Source: Desulfarculia bacterium (GTDB taxonomy: Bacteria > Desulfobacterota > Desulfarculia > Adiutricales > JAGVGV01). From it: DNA of 64,000 nt. Where the stretch lies: positions 1,388,449 through 1,452,448 of the forward strand of contig OY759590.1 in assembly GCA_963662445.1 (NCBI GenBank), in the 5' to 3' direction. Shown here one piece after another: positions 1 through 12,245 of the stretch. The stretch's first letter is position 1, and each line of letters begins with the position of its first letter. The notes under the pieces are model-generated. The model was not told where the DNA came from. It searched no databases and was given only the letters and a program-made list of their open reading frames with translations. Made by a program: the position numbers and the translations under genes.

Positions 1-258
1 CTGAACAGCCCTGTGGACCTGCTCCTGACCGACATGGTCATGCCGGACATGAACGGGACCGCCCTGGCCGAACAGGTGGTCAAACTATTCCCCCAGGTAA
101 AGATCGTCTTCATGTCTGGCTACACCGACAAGGATATCGGTCACCCCGGACTGTCCGAGGACGATTTCGACTTTATTCAGAAACCTTTCACCGCGCGGAC
201 CCTGGCCTTGAAGGTGCGCGAGCTGCTGGACTCCGGGGCATCGCAGGAAGAAGATTGA
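1..258 (+). CDS. C-terminal receiver domain of a (hybrid) sensor kinase/response regulator, 5' truncated by window
   Basis: DLLLTDMVMP...MSGY...FIQKPF receiver motifs; frame open from base 1. Confidence 0.85.
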   Translation: MNSPVDLLLTDMVMPDMNGTALAEQVVKLFPQVKIVFMSGYTDKDIGHPGLSEDDFDFIQKPFTARTLALKVRELLDSGASQEED

Positions 259-302
259 GCGGGGGCGGAGGTTCCGGTCGAACCCCGCAGCCCCGGCGTC
301 CC

Positions 303-1253
303 TCAACCGAAAAATCCCCAGACGTATTTCCCGGCCGTGAAGATTATCACCCCGCTCAGCATCCACTTGATGGCGCGGGCAGGGACGAATTTCTGGCACC
401 TGGCCCCCAGGTACATCCCGGCCATGCCGCCCAGTCCGAACAACACCCCCAGCAGCCAGTCCGGAGCCACGGAAGTCTGGGGATAGAACGGCGCGATGAT
501 CTGGTAGAAAGCCACTCCGGCCACGGAAGTGACAAAGGTGCCCATCAAGGCCGCTCCAGCCACGGTGTAGACCGGCAGGTGAAAGAACGAGACGAAAAAC
601 GGGGCGATAATGGCGCCGCCGCCTATGCCGTAGATGCCGCCGACAATGCCCACGATGAAGCTCAGGGTCGAAATGCCCCAGATGCTGACCTCGAATTCCT
701 CGCCGTAAAAACTGTAGCCCAGCCGCCGCAGGTCAAACATGGTGATTCTGACCGTGGGCAGGGTTTCGCCCTTACCCCCTGCTGCTGTCTGCCGGTGGCG
801 CCTGACCAATTCCTGGAATCGTTTCTCCCCGGCTTCCTTGGCTATCCCGGCTATCTTTTTGCCGGTCAGGTCGCGGACCATCCTGAGCCCGATGTACAGG
901 AGGACGCAGGCGGCGAAGAGCTTGAATATCCTGGGGTCCGGCAGCCAGGCCACCCTGACGAGGGCTCCGATGAAGACTCCAGGCAGGGTCCCGGCCACCA
1001 CGATCATGGTCAGAGGCCAGACCATGCGGCCTTCCCGGTAGTAGCGGTAAACCCCGCTGGGGATGGCTACGATGTTGAAAAGCTGGTTGGTGGCGCTGAC
1101 CGAGGGGTTGGTGTAGCCCAGGAAAGACATCTGAAAAGGGAGGAGGAGAAACGCTCCGGAGACGCCGCCCATGGAAGTGAAAAAGGATATAACCATGGCC
1201 ACCAGGGGTGGAATCCAGGGGGAGACTTCTATCCCTGCGGTTGGGAAGAACAT
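303..1253 (-). CDS. Sulfite exporter TauE/SafE family membrane protein
   Basis: Hydrophobic; repeated GVSGAFLLLP / GIGGGAIIAP motifs; ATG at 1253 preferred over the longer ORF. Confidence 0.85.
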   Translation of the reverse strand: MFFPTAGIEVSPWIPPLVAMVISFFTSMGGVSGAFLLLPFQMSFLGYTNPSVSATNQLFNIVAIPSGVYRYYREGRMVWPLTMIVVAGTLPGVFIGALVRVAWLPDPRIFKLFAACVLLYIGLRMVRDLTGKKIAGIAKEAGEKRFQELVRRHRQTAAGGKGETLPTVRITMFDLRRLGYSFYGEEFEVSIWGISTLSFIVGIVGGIYGIGGGAIIAPFFVSFFHLPVYTVAGAALMGTFVTSVAGVAFYQIIAPFYPQTSVAPDWLLGVLFGLGGMAGMYLGARCQKFVPARAIKWMLSGVIIFTAGKYVWGFFG

Positions 1254-1512
1254 TTTCGCGAACTCCTTGTGCTGGTTGATCCTGGGACAAGAGGCACGCA
1301 AATAATTAAATTCGTGTCTATAACATAGCAGGCAAGCCGCCGCAGGTCAAGACCTTTCTTTAATGGCTGAAAGAAGGCTTGCGGATGGAGCGGTTTTGGT
1401 GGAGAATGATCGCTTAAAACAAGGGAGAAAGACCTTGCCAAGGCCAGTTCCTTCTGTTATTAAAAACCAAGTTTTGTCCGGCCCCCAGGGGGCCTGAGGC
1501 CTATCTCGCCAC

Positions 1513-2457
1513 ATGGTCATGCGCCCCACCCCCGTCGCGGCAATAGATCTGGGTTCCAACACCGTACGCCTTCTGGTGGCTTCGGCTCAGGGCGAGGGCA
1601 TAACCCGACACTTAGTGCGCCAAGAAACGACTCGCTTGGGACAGGCCCTGCGTCCAGGGGATTTTTTTATTCCGGAGGCCAGGGAACGGACCTGGCGGGT
1701 GCTGGAGAGTTTCAGGGAGTCCGCGGCCGCCCTGGGAGCAGGGAGGATTTTAGTCGGAGCCACCATGGCCGTACGCCAGGCGGCGGACGGCCTGGAGTTC
1801 ATGGACACTATCCGCCGCGATCTGGGGTGCGAGACTCTTATTCTGAGCGGGACTCAGGAGGCGGAGGTTAGTACGGCCGGAGTGCTGACGGCCTTGAAGC
1901 CCATACCCGAGCGGGCTGTTGTTTTCGATCTGGGCGGCCGGAGTACTGAATTCGCCTTGACGGCAAAAGGCCGTATAGAGGGAAGCGTCAGCCTGCCGCT
2001 GGGCGCGTTGGCTTTGAGCGAAGCCCACTTGCGGACCGACCCGCCTGCGGAGGCTGAAACAGCCGCCTGCCGGGAGGCGGCTAAGGCTATACTGGTCAAC
2101 GGCCTTTCTCCACTGGCGGAGAAGGCTTACGGAGCGGTGCTGGTGGGCACGGCCGGCACGACCACGACTCTGGCGGCCATGGCCCAGGGGCTGAAGGAAT
2201 ACCGGCCCGAGCTGATTGATAATTTTCGTTTGGACAGGGCGGCGTTGTCCAACCTGTTCGAGCGTATGGGTTCACTGCCGGCGGCTGAACGGGCCCGGCT
2301 GGACGGTCTGCCTTCCGACCGGGCGGACGTTATCCTGGGCGGAGCCGCCGCGGTTTTGGAGATTATGGATTTCCTCAAGACAGAACGCCTGATTGTCAGC
2401 GACGCCGGTCTACTGGAAGGCATCTGGCTGCTGGCCTCGGGATTAAGGAGCTTATGA
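1513..2457 (+). CDS. ppx: Ppx/GppA family exopolyphosphatase
   Basis: AAIDLGSNT, DLGGRSTE, GTAGT and SDAGLLEG motifs. Confidence 0.9.
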   Translation: MVMRPTPVAAIDLGSNTVRLLVASAQGEGITRHLVRQETTRLGQALRPGDFFIPEARERTWRVLESFRESAAALGAGRILVGATMAVRQAADGLEFMDTIRRDLGCETLILSGTQEAEVSTAGVLTALKPIPERAVVFDLGGRSTEFALTAKGRIEGSVSLPLGALALSEAHLRTDPPAEAETAACREAAKAILVNGLSPLAEKAYGAVLVGTAGTTTTLAAMAQGLKEYRPELIDNFRLDRAALSNLFERMGSLPAAERARLDGLPSDRADVILGGAAAVLEIMDFLKTERLIVSDAGLLEGIWLLASGLRSL

Positions 2458-3933
<1,476 letters not shown>

Positions 3934-3992
3934 CATTTTCGTTCTTCCGTTTGACCGGACGGGAGAGCGGTTTTATCAGAGAGGGGTCCCGT

Positions 3993-5552
3993 ATGGATCA
4001 GTCCATCCAAGAGCGTGTGATAATCCTGGATTTCGGGTCGCAGTACACGCAGCTTATAGCCCGGCGGGTCCGGGAACTGAAAGTATATTCGGAGATACAT
4101 CCCTGTACGATTACGCTGGAGGAACTGAAAGCCCTGGCTCCGGCGGCCCTGATTCTTTCCGGCGGCCCGTCGGCTGTCTACGAAGAGGATTCGCCCACGG
4201 TTGATCCGGCCATATTCGATCTGGGCCTGCCGGTGCTGGGCATCTGTTACGGCATGCAGCTCATGACGCACCTGATGGGCGGCAAGGTCGATGTGTCCAC
4301 TCACCGTGAGTATGGCCCGGCCGAACTGATAGTGGATGACTTCAGCGACCTTTTTTACGGCCTGGACGACGAAAAAGCGCCTCTCCGGGTCTGGATGAGC
4401 CACGGCGACAGGCTGCACGGCCTGGCCCCCGGTTTTCAGACCATCGCCCGCAGCCAGAATTCGCCTTTCGCGGCCATGCGGCACGAATCAGGACGCCTCT
4501 GGGGAGTGCAGTTCCATCCCGAGGTGGTGCATACGCCGCGAGGCAAGGAAGTTCTGAGCAATTTCCTCTTCCGTATCTGCCGTTTGAGCCCGACCTGGAC
4601 CATGGCCAATTTCATCGAGCGGACGGTGGTCCATATGCGCGAACGCATAGGTTCGGAGCGGGTCATCTGCGGGCTCTCCGGCGGCGTGGATTCATCGGTG
4701 ACGGCGGCCTTGCTCCACCGGGCTATCGGGAGCCAGCTTACCGCCATCTTCGTGGACAACGGAGTCCTGCGTCAGGACGAGGCGTCGATGGTGGTGAACA
4801 TGTTCAAAGAGCAGATGCATCTGAACCTGATCCACGTGGACGCTTCCGAGCAGTTCATGAATGAACTGGCCGGGGTCGAGGACCCGGAAAAGAAGAGGAA
4901 GATAATCGGCCACGAATTCATCAAGGTCTTCGAGGCCGAGGCGAAGAAGCTGGGCGAGGTCAAGTATCTGGCTCAGGGCACGCTGTATCCGGACGTCATC
5001 GAGTCTGTTTCCTTCAGGGGCGGGCCGTCCTCGACCATCAAGTCTCACCATAACGTGGGCGGATTGCCGGAAAACATGAAGATGGCCCTGGTGGAGCCTC
5101 TCAGGGAGCTGTTCAAGGATGAAGTCCGCGAACTGGGGATGGAACTGGGCCTGCCGGAGGAGATGGTCTGGCGGCAGCCTTTCCCCGGACCGGGACTGGC
5201 CGTGCGCATACTGGGGGAAGTGACCAGAGAGCGGGCGGACGTCTTGCGTCAGGCCGACGCCATCGTCAGGGAAGAGATACGCAAGGCGGGCCTGTGGAAA
5301 AAGGTCTGGCAGTACTTTGCTGTGCTGCTGCCGGTGCGTACGGTCGGCGTCATGGGCGACCACAGAACCTATGAGAATGTGGCGGCCTTGCGGATCGTGG
5401 ACAGCATAGACGCCATGACCGCCGACTGGACCAGAGTGCCCTATGAGGTCCTGGCGGTGATATCCAACCGCATCATCAACGAGGTCCAAGGCATCAACCG
5501 GGTGGTTTACGACATTTCGTCCAAGCCGCCCAGCACGATAGAGTGGGAGTAG
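3993..5552 (+). CDS. guaA: GMP synthase (glutamine-hydrolysing)
   Basis: [27 protein letters not shown]-terminal KPPSTIEWE. Confidence 0.98.
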   Translation: MDQSIQERVIILDFGSQYTQLIARRVRELKVYSEIHPCTITLEELKALAPAALILSGGPSAVYEEDSPTVDPAIFDLGLPVLGICYGMQLMTHLMGGKVDVSTHREYGPAELIVDDFSDLFYGLDDEKAPLRVWMSHGDRLHGLAPGFQTIARSQNSPFAAMRHESGRLWGVQFHPEVVHTPRGKEVLSNFLFRICRLSPTWTMANFIERTVVHMRERIGSERVICGLSGGVDSSVTAALLHRAIGSQLTAIFVDNGVLRQDEASMVVNMFKEQMHLNLIHVDASEQFMNELAGVEDPEKKRKIIGHEFIKVFEAEAKKLGEVKYLAQGTLYPDVIESVSFRGGPSSTIKSHHNVGGLPENMKMALVEPLRELFKDEVRELGMELGLPEEMVWRQPFPGPGLAVRILGEVTRERADVLRQADAIVREEIRKAGLWKKVWQYFAVLLPVRTVGVMGDHRTYENVAALRIVDSIDAMTADWTRVPYEVLAVISNRIINEVQGINRVVYDISSKPPSTIEWE

Positions 5553-5619
5553 CGTTCCAAGCCGGCTTACAGTTTTACGAAGCTGAGAGAAAACAGATTC
5601 TACCGAACCTGAAGAGGAG

Positions 5620-5883
5620 ATGGATATGTCCGCCCTGAGCGCAGCATTCACACAAGCCTCGAATGATGTTCAGCAGCTTCCGCAACGACCCGACAACCTG
5701 ACACTGCTCAAATTGTATGCCCTGTTCAAACAGGCCAGCACCGGCGATGCCGATGGCCGGCGGCCGGGTCTGACCAACCCCGTGGGCCGGGCCAAGTATG
5801 ACGCCTGGGCCGGCCTCCAAGGCATGACCTCCGAGGAAGCCATGCAGTCTTACGTGGATCTGGTCAACAGTCTCAAAGGGTGA
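5620..5883 (+). CDS. Acyl-CoA-binding protein (ACBP family)
   Basis: LLKLYALFKQASTGD...GRAKYDAW...AMQSYVDLV signature. Confidence 0.9.
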   Translation: MDMSALSAAFTQASNDVQQLPQRPDNLTLLKLYALFKQASTGDADGRRPGLTNPVGRAKYDAWAGLQGMTSEEAMQSYVDLVNSLKG

Positions 5884-5894
5884 TTCTCCAGACA

Positions 5895-8800
5895 ATGTCC
5901 GATTCATCTTCATTTGTTCATCTGCACGTCCACACGGCTTACAGCCTGCTGGACGGGGCTATCCGCATCAAGGACCTCCTCAAGCAGGCCAAGCAGTACG
6001 GCATGGAGTCCGTGGCCGTTACCGACCACGGCAACATGTTCGGGGCTTTCAAGTTCTACGAGGAGGCCAGAAAGGCGGGGATAAAACCGATCATCGGCTG
6101 CGAGACCTACGTGGCTCCCCGCGGCCGTCAGCGTCGGGACCAGAAGGACCCGATGTACCATCTTGTCCTGCTGGCCATGAACCTGGAGGGGTACGGCAAT
6201 CTTTCCCGGCTGATATCCATAGCCAACCTGGAAGGCTTCTATTACAAGCCCCGGGTGGATTTCGAAATTCTGGAGAAGTATAACGGCGGGCTTATCGCCC
6301 TTTCGGCCTGCCTGCAGGGCCAGGTGCCGCGTCTGATTGTATCGGGGCAGGAGGAAGAGGCTGTGCTGGCCGCCAAGCGTTACGCGGAGATTTTCGACGG
6401 ACGCTTTTATCTGGAGGTGCAGCAGAATTATCTGCCCGAACAGGATGTGGCCAATCGGGGCCTTCTGAAACTCTCCCAAGAGTTGGGTCTGCCCCTGGTG
6501 GCGACGAACGACTGCCATTATCTGCGGCGTCAGGACCACGAGGCTCATGACGTCCTGCTGTGCATTCAGACGGCCAAGACGGTCGATGACGAGAACCGGA
6601 TGCGGTTCACGACCCAGGAGTACTACTTCAAGTCCGGCGAAGAGATGGAGGATCTTTTCCGGGATTTTCCCGGGGCGGTGGCCAACACGGCGGAAGTGGC
6701 GGCGCGCTGCAACCTGGAAATACCGATGGGGGATTATCATTTTCCCGAGTTTCCTCTGGAACCGGGGGAGGATCTCAACAGCCGTCTTTCGGCCGAAGCC
6801 CGTGAAGGACTGGAAGCCAGGTTCAAGGAAATAGCAAGGAACCGGAGCCTCAGCGAAGAAGAAATCAAGGTATACCGGGACCGTTTGGAGTATGAGCTGG
6901 AAGTCATCATCAAGATGGGCTTCCCGGGTTATTTCCTCATCGTGGCCGACTTCATCAACTACGCCAAACGGAACAGGATACCGGTCGGCCCCGGCCGCGG
7001 TTCTGCTGCGGGCAGTCTGGTGGCCTACGCCATGCGCATCACGGACCTGGATCCGCTGCCGTACAACCTGCTTTTTGAGCGTTTCCTGAACGTGGAACGC
7101 ATATCCATGCCTGATATCGACGTGGACTTCTGCACGGACGGCCGGGAGCAGGTCATCCGGTACGTGACGGAGAAGTACGGTGGTCAGGACCATGTTTCGC
7201 AGATCATCACCTTCGGGCAGATGCAGGCCAAGGGAGTCATCCGGGATGTGGGACGCGCTCTGGGCATGCCTTACGGGGAAGTGGACCGCATCGCCAAGCT
7301 GGTGCCCAACCGCCTGAAGATTACCCTGGCGGAGGCTTTGCAAGAGGAACCCAGGTTGGCTCAGGCCACCAAGGACGACCCCAGGGTCGCCAGGCTGATG
7401 GAAGTGGCTCAGAGCCTGGAGGCCTTGCCCCGGCACGCTTCGACCCATGCGGCCGGTGTGGTCATCGGGGACCGCCCATTGGTGGACTACCTGCCCTTGT
7501 ACTGCGTCTCTTCCGACCACGATTCGGGCCAGGACCGGGTGGTGGTGACCCAGTTCGACATGAAGGGTGTGGAAAAGATCGGGCTGGTCAAGTTCGACTT
7601 CCTGGGTCTGAAGACGCTGACCCAGATCAATCAGGTTCTCGAACTGTTGAAATCCCGGGGCGTAGAGGTTGATTTGGACAATCTGGGCGTAATGGATGAT
7701 GCGCCGACCTATGAGTTGCTCAGCTCCGGAGACACCACGGGCGTGTTCCAGCTTGAAAGTTCGGGCATGCGGGAGATTCTGGTCAAGATGCGGCCAAGCT
7801 GCTTCGAGGACATTATCGCCCTGGTGGCCCTTTACCGGCCAGGCCCGTTGAAGAGCGGGATGGTGGACACTTTCATCCAGGCCAAGCACGGCCTTATCCC
7901 GGTGACATACGAGCTGCCCGAGTTGGAGCCCATCCTGAAGGACACCTACGGGGTTATCCTCTATCAGGAACAGGTCATGCAGATTTCCTCGAGGCTGGCC
8001 AGTTATTCCCTGGGCGAAGCCGACCTGCTGCGGCGGGCTATGGGCAAGAAAATTGCCGATGAAATGGCCCAGCAGCGCGGCCGTTTCATGGCCGGAGCGC
8101 ATGAGAATGATTTCGACAAGCAGAAGGCGGCCAAGATCTTCGACCTGATGGCCAACTTCGCCGAATACGGCTTCAACAAGTCCCACAGCGCCGCCTATGC
8201 CCTCATTACTTACCAGACGGCCTACCTGAAGGCGCATTATCCCATCGAGTTCATGGCCGCACTGCTGACCAGTGAAGTCAGCAACCAGGACAAGATTGTC
8301 CGTTTCATCAATGAATGCCGGGGCAAGGGCATCATTGTCCTGCCTCCCGACATCAATGAGAGCAAGATCAATTTCGCGGTGGTGGACGGCCAGATACGCT
8401 TCGGCCTGGCGGCCATCAAAGGCGTGGGGCAGGCGGCCATCGAATCCATTCTGGAAGCGCGGCAGGAAAGGCCCTTTTCCGACCTGTTCGATTTCTGCGA
8501 GCGGGTCGACCTGCGCAAGGTCAACCGCCGGGTTATCGAGGCCCTCATAAAATGCGGAGCCTTTGATTCCACGAAGGTGGACAGGGCCAGGATGTCCGGC
8601 GCCCTGGACGACGCCCTGGAGCGCGGCGCACGCTGTCAGCGTGAACGTGACGAGGGCCAGTGCAATCTCTTCGAAGCCTTGAACGGACAGGAGGAAGCCG
8701 CCCCTATCCGCTGGCCGGAAGTTCAGGAATGGCGCGAATCGTTGCGGTTGGCATACGAAAAGGAGTCTCTGGGTTTCTACATCACCGGTCACCCTTTGGC

Positions 8801-9389
8801 CCGTTTCGAACAGGAGTTGGACAGCCTGACCAATACCACGGCGGAGAAGCTGGCCGAGCTGCCCGACAAAGCCCAGGTCCGCATCGGCGGGGTGGTGGCA
8901 GGCATCTTGATGAAGACGACCAAGAGGGGCGACAGAATGGCCTTTCTGACTGTGGAAGACATGTCCGGCACGGTGGAGGTCATTGTTTTCCCCGATCTTT
9001 TTCAGACCTGCGAGGAGCATCTCGAGGCGGACAAGCCCGTTCTGGTCAGCGGGGAACTGACCATCGACGAAAAAGGCGGTCAGTCGACCAACAAGATCAA
9101 GGCCACGGAGATAGTGCCGCTGGAGTCGGCTCTGGAAAAGCTGGCCCGCCAGGTTATTTTCACTCTGTCCGGAGACAATCTGGACCGTATGTCTTTATTG
9201 AAACTGCGTTCCATCATCGGAAGCCATCCCGGCGAAACCCCGGTTCTGCTGAAATTGTCGGTGCCGGACCAGGGCATCGTATTGATGAAGCTGGAAGACA
9301 AGGTCCGCCCGTCGCGAAGCCTCATCCGCGAATCCAGAGAGGCGCTGGGCGAAAATTCGGTGCTGCTGCGCTACGCCAACGGTCAATGA
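5895..9389 (+). CDS. dnaE: DNA polymerase III alpha subunit
   Basis: PHP domain HLHVHT/TDHGN, GRGSAAGS, PDIDVDF, FNKSH, C-terminal OB fold; alternative GTG start at 5880. Confidence 0.98.
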   Translation: MSDSSSFVHLHVHTAYSLLDGAIRIKDLLKQAKQYGMESVAVTDHGNMFGAFKFYEEARKAGIKPIIGCETYVAPRGRQRRDQKDPMYHLVLLAMNLEGYGNLSRLISIANLEGFYYKPRVDFEILEKYNGGLIALSACLQGQVPRLIVSGQEEEAVLAAKRYAEIFDGRFYLEVQQNYLPEQDVANRGLLKLSQELGLPLVATNDCHYLRRQDHEAHDVLLCIQTAKTVDDENRMRFTTQEYYFKSGEEMEDLFRDFPGAVANTAEVAARCNLEIPMGDYHFPEFPLEPGEDLNSRLSAEAREGLEARFKEIARNRSLSEEEIKVYRDRLEYELEVIIKMGFPGYFLIVADFINYAKRNRIPVGPGRGSAAGSLVAYAMRITDLDPLPYNLLFERFLNVERISMPDIDVDFCTDGREQVIRYVTEKYGGQDHVSQIITFGQMQAKGVIRDVGRALGMPYGEVDRIAKLVPNRLKITLAEALQEEPRLAQATKDDPRVARLMEVAQSLEALPRHASTHAAGVVIGDRPLVDYLPLYCVSSDHDSGQDRVVVTQFDMKGVEKIGLVKFDFLGLKTLTQINQVLELLKSRGVEVDLDNLGVMDDAPTYELLSSGDTTGVFQLESSGMREILVKMRPSCFEDIIALVALYRPGPLKSGMVDTFIQAKHGLIPVTYELPELEPILKDTYGVILYQEQVMQISSRLASYSLGEADLLRRAMGKKIADEMAQQRGRFMAGAHENDFDKQKAAKIFDLMANFAEYGFNKSHSAAYALITYQTAYLKAHYPIEFMAALLTSEVSNQDKIVRFINECRGKGIIVLPPDINESKINFAVVDGQIRFGLAAIKGVGQAAIESILEARQERPFSDLFDFCERVDLRKVNRRVIEALIKCGAFDSTKVDRARMSGALDDALERGARCQRERDEGQCNLFEALNGQEEAAPIRWPEVQEWRESLRLAYEKESLGFYITGHPLARFEQELDSLTNTTAEKLAELPDKAQVRIGGVVAGILMKTTKRGDRMAFLTVEDMSGTVEVIVFPDLFQTCEEHLEADKPVLVSGELTIDEKGGQSTNKIKATEIVPLESALEKLARQVIFTLSGDNLDRMSLLKLRSIIGSHPGETPVLLKLSVPDQGIVLMKLEDKVRPSRSLIRESREALGENSVLLRYANGQ

Positions 9390-9423
9390 TGGACCGGGAG
9401 CAGCCAACGGGGACTGGAGATTG

Positions 9424-10167
9424 GTGAAAGACGAAGGGAGTTCGGACCGTTCGGTTTACCGCGGCCGGGTGCGTGCCGATGGCCTGACCGGATTTTCGGT
9501 GCGGGTGGAACAGACCGACCTTTTCATCCGGGCGGCGGCCGAACTGACCGAAAAGGCCCTGGACATTGTTCTGCTCGGCCGCAGGCGCATCGAGTCCTGG
9601 GGCCTGGAGCACCCTGACTTCTATTCCAGCCTGAAACCTCTGCCGGATTCTCCCCTGGCCCCTCCGCCGGTGCGGGCGATGCTGCGGGCCGGGCGCCTGG
9701 CCGGGACCGGCCCCATGGCCGCCGTGGCCGGGGCCATGGCCGAGTTCGTGGGCTCGGGCCTCCTGCCTCATTCACCTGAAGGCGTGATCGTGGAAAACGG
9801 CGGCGACGTTTATCTGAACGTCCCCCGCGAAGTGACGGCGGGCCTGTTTGCCGGAGCTTCGCCATTGTCGCTGAAGGTGGGATTCCGGTTCACCCCCGAA
9901 ATGATGCCGCTGGGGGTCTGCACTTCTTCCGGCACAGTGGGACATTCGCTCAGTCTGGGGCGGGCGGACGCGGCCCTGGTGGCGGCCCGGTCAACGGCCG
10001 TGGCGGACGCCGCAGCTACAGCCCTGGGCAACCGGGTCCGCAACAGGCAGGACATCGAGCCCGCCCTGGAATGGGTCCTGACCGTGGAAGGAGTGATTGG
10101 CGCGGCCGTGGTCCTGGGCGAAGACTTCGGCCTGTCCGGCGGCCTGAATCTGGTTTCCCTGACTTAA
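9424..10167 (+). CDS. UPF0280 family (ApbE-like) protein
   Basis: GPMAAVAGA, VENGGD, CTSSGTVGHSLSLGRAD, ADAAAT motifs. Confidence 0.85.
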   Translation: MKDEGSSDRSVYRGRVRADGLTGFSVRVEQTDLFIRAAAELTEKALDIVLLGRRRIESWGLEHPDFYSSLKPLPDSPLAPPPVRAMLRAGRLAGTGPMAAVAGAMAEFVGSGLLPHSPEGVIVENGGDVYLNVPREVTAGLFAGASPLSLKVGFRFTPEMMPLGVCTSSGTVGHSLSLGRADAALVAARSTAVADAAATALGNRVRNRQDIEPALEWVLTVEGVIGAAVVLGEDFGLSGGLNLVSLT

Positions 10168-11399
10168 TCTTCGTCCGGATATCTCTCTCTGATGGAACGT
10201 ATGACATCCAGGCGGGAGAAGAACAGTTCTATCAGCTCGGGGTCGAAATGGCTCCCGGCGTCTTTTTCCAGGATATCCAGGGCGTCTTTCTCCTCCCAGG
10301 CCGGTTTGTAGACGCGCTGTGAACATAGGGCGTCGTAGACATCGGCAATGGCGACGATACGGCCGTACAGGGGAATCTCCTTGCCGGCCTTGCCCTTGGG
10401 CCTGCCATCCGGGGTTTCGTAGCCGGGCAGCGGGCGGCCGGTTTCCATATCCACGTATCCCGGATAACCCAGTCCATTCCACTTTTCGTGGTGGTTGACC
10501 GCTACTTCGGCGGCGGCGTCGTCGAATTCCGATCTTTTGTCCTTGAAAAGGCGTCCGCCCATGAGGGTATGTTCCTTCATGACGTTGAATTCCTCTTCCG
10601 TGAATCTTCCCGGCTTTTTGAGTATGGTGTCCGAGATGCCGACCTTGCCCACGTCGTGGAGCATGGCGGCCATGCGCAGGATATCGCGTTTGGCGTCTAT
10701 TTCTTCACGGGAAAATCCCTGCTTCTGCGCCCATTTTTCATACAATTCCACGGAATAGGAGGCGACCCGGTTGACATGCGCCCCGGTTTCCTTGGGATCG
10801 CGCATTTCGGCCATGCGGATCATCCGGAGAATGATGTCGCGGGTCATGCGGGCCTTTTCCAGGGCCACGGTGGCGGTGGAGGCAAAATGGGCCATCATCT
10901 TTTCGTCTTCCCGGGAAAATGAGATGATGCGCCCCCTGTCGTCCCGGGCGTTGATTATCTGGAGGACGCCGACCACGTCGGCCCGGCTGGTGGCCAGAGG
11001 CAAGGTCAGCATGGACTGGGTGTGATATCCTGTGGTTTCATCGAACTGGCGGCTGAAGCTGTAGGGCACGGAGTTGTCCAGTTCATAAACGTCCTTGAGA
11101 TTGAGGGGGCGTCCGGCGGTGGCCACCCATCCGGCGATGCTGTTTTCGTCGACCGGGATGGCGAAGGTGGAGTAGACCAGTTTTTCACCACTTGGCAGCC
11201 TTTCCTGCAAGGTGGCGTTCTGGGTGTAGGTGAAGCGGAGATCGCGGTCATGGCGGATGTAGATGGAGCCTGCGTCGGCGTTGACGAAACGGCGGGCTTC
11301 GCTGAGTATGCGCTCCATCAGAATATCCAGGTCGGAGAGGCGGTTCAGTTGAGCGCCCAGATTGGTCAGGGCGTCCAGTTTCTGCTCTGCTGTCAGCAT
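10164..11399 (-). CDS. GAF + HD-GYP domain phosphohydrolase (probable cyclic-dinucleotide phosphodiesterase)
   Basis: N-terminal GAF; ETGAH, LHDVGK, HHEKWNGLGYP, ADVYDAL. Confidence 0.9.
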   Translation of the reverse strand: MLTAEQKLDALTNLGAQLNRLSDLDILMERILSEARRFVNADAGSIYIRHDRDLRFTYTQNATLQERLPSGEKLVYSTFAIPVDENSIAGWVATAGRPLNLKDVYELDNSVPYSFSRQFDETTGYHTQSMLTLPLATSRADVVGVLQIINARDDRGRIISFSREDEKMMAHFASTATVALEKARMTRDIILRMIRMAEMRDPKETGAHVNRVASYSVELYEKWAQKQGFSREEIDAKRDILRMAAMLHDVGKVGISDTILKKPGRFTEEEFNVMKEHTLMGGRLFKDKRSEFDDAAAEVAVNHHEKWNGLGYPGYVDMETGRPLPGYETPDGRPKGKAGKEIPLYGRIVAIADVYDALCSQRVYKPAWEEKDALDILEKDAGSHFDPELIELFFSRLDVIRSIRERYPDED

Positions 11400-11530
11400 G
11401 GCCTAAACTCCGTGAGGGGCGGACGACTGGTCCGCAGCCTGGTTTCCCCAGGATAGGGTTTATGGAATATTATAAACAAAAAACACCTGTTTGACACCCC
11501 AAGCCGTTTTGCGAGGTGAAAGAGCGTGCT

Positions 11531-12229
11531 TTACGGGCCGGGCCAGAGAGAGAGTTGGCCGTCGGCGTATGGTTCCACCAAACCGGGTTCATCAATGGCG
11601 GTACTGTTGACCCTGGGGGACACGCTGTGCATTTCCAGGGTTGCCTCCGGGCAGGGTCTGAAGATGCGGGCCAGTTCATCGGGGCCGGTGGCGGAGGGGT
11701 CGAGCCAGAGCCGGTAATCATCCGGAGCAACGACTACAGGCATGCGGTCATGAAGCCGCCCGACCAGACTGTTGGCGCTGGTGGTCAGGATGGCGGACGT
11801 GGACACTGTTTCGCCTTCGGGGGAGCGCCAGATTTCCCAGATTCCGGCCAGGGCCAGAGGCTTTCCGTCGCTGCGGCGGATGAAAAAGGGCTCCTTCCGG
11901 CCCGACCTGCGGGACCATTCGAAGAAGCCGCTGGCCGGGATCAGAGCCCGGCGGTGTTGGAAGGCCAGCCGGAAAGCCGGCTTTTCAGCGGCTGTTTCGG
12001 CACGGGCGTTGATGAAGCGGGCCCCCGCCGAGGCGTCCTTGGCCCAGAAGGGAATAAGCCCCCAGCGGAGGAAGACGAGTTCGCGGCCTTGTCCGGCGGC
12101 GGAGCGGATCACGGCCAGGGGCTGGGTGGGGGCCACGTTGTAACGGGGTTTCAGGCCCGGATCGGCGGCCAGCCCGAATTCACGGGCAAGTTGCTCGAAC
12201 CGGGCGGACAAGGCCAGCCTGCCGCACAT
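11531..12229 (-). CDS. SOS response-associated peptidase (SRAP/YedK, abasic-site processing)
   Basis: MCGR N-terminus, RYNVAPTQ, WGLIPFW, NARAET, HDRMPV. Confidence 0.93.
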   Translation of the reverse strand: MCGRLALSARFEQLAREFGLAADPGLKPRYNVAPTQPLAVIRSAAGQGRELVFLRWGLIPFWAKDASAGARFINARAETAAEKPAFRLAFQHRRALIPASGFFEWSRRSGRKEPFFIRRSDGKPLALAGIWEIWRSPEGETVSTSAILTTSANSLVGRLHDRMPVVVAPDDYRLWLDPSATGPDELARIFRPCPEATLEMHSVSPRVNSTAIDEPGLVEPYADGQLSLWPGP

Positions 12230-12245
12230 AGATACTTCTCCCTGC

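Noticed and set aside
1425-1441. sigma54 promoter for the TauE gene (TGGCAAGGTCTTTCT on the minus strand)
   Set aside because: Lacks the conserved GC at -12
5910-9020. 1036-aa minus-strand ORF (also 2527..3936, 39278..41950, 50271..51917 and similar)
   Set aside because: Antisense shadows of well-supported genes, expected in GC-rich DNA with biased codon usage; no motifs
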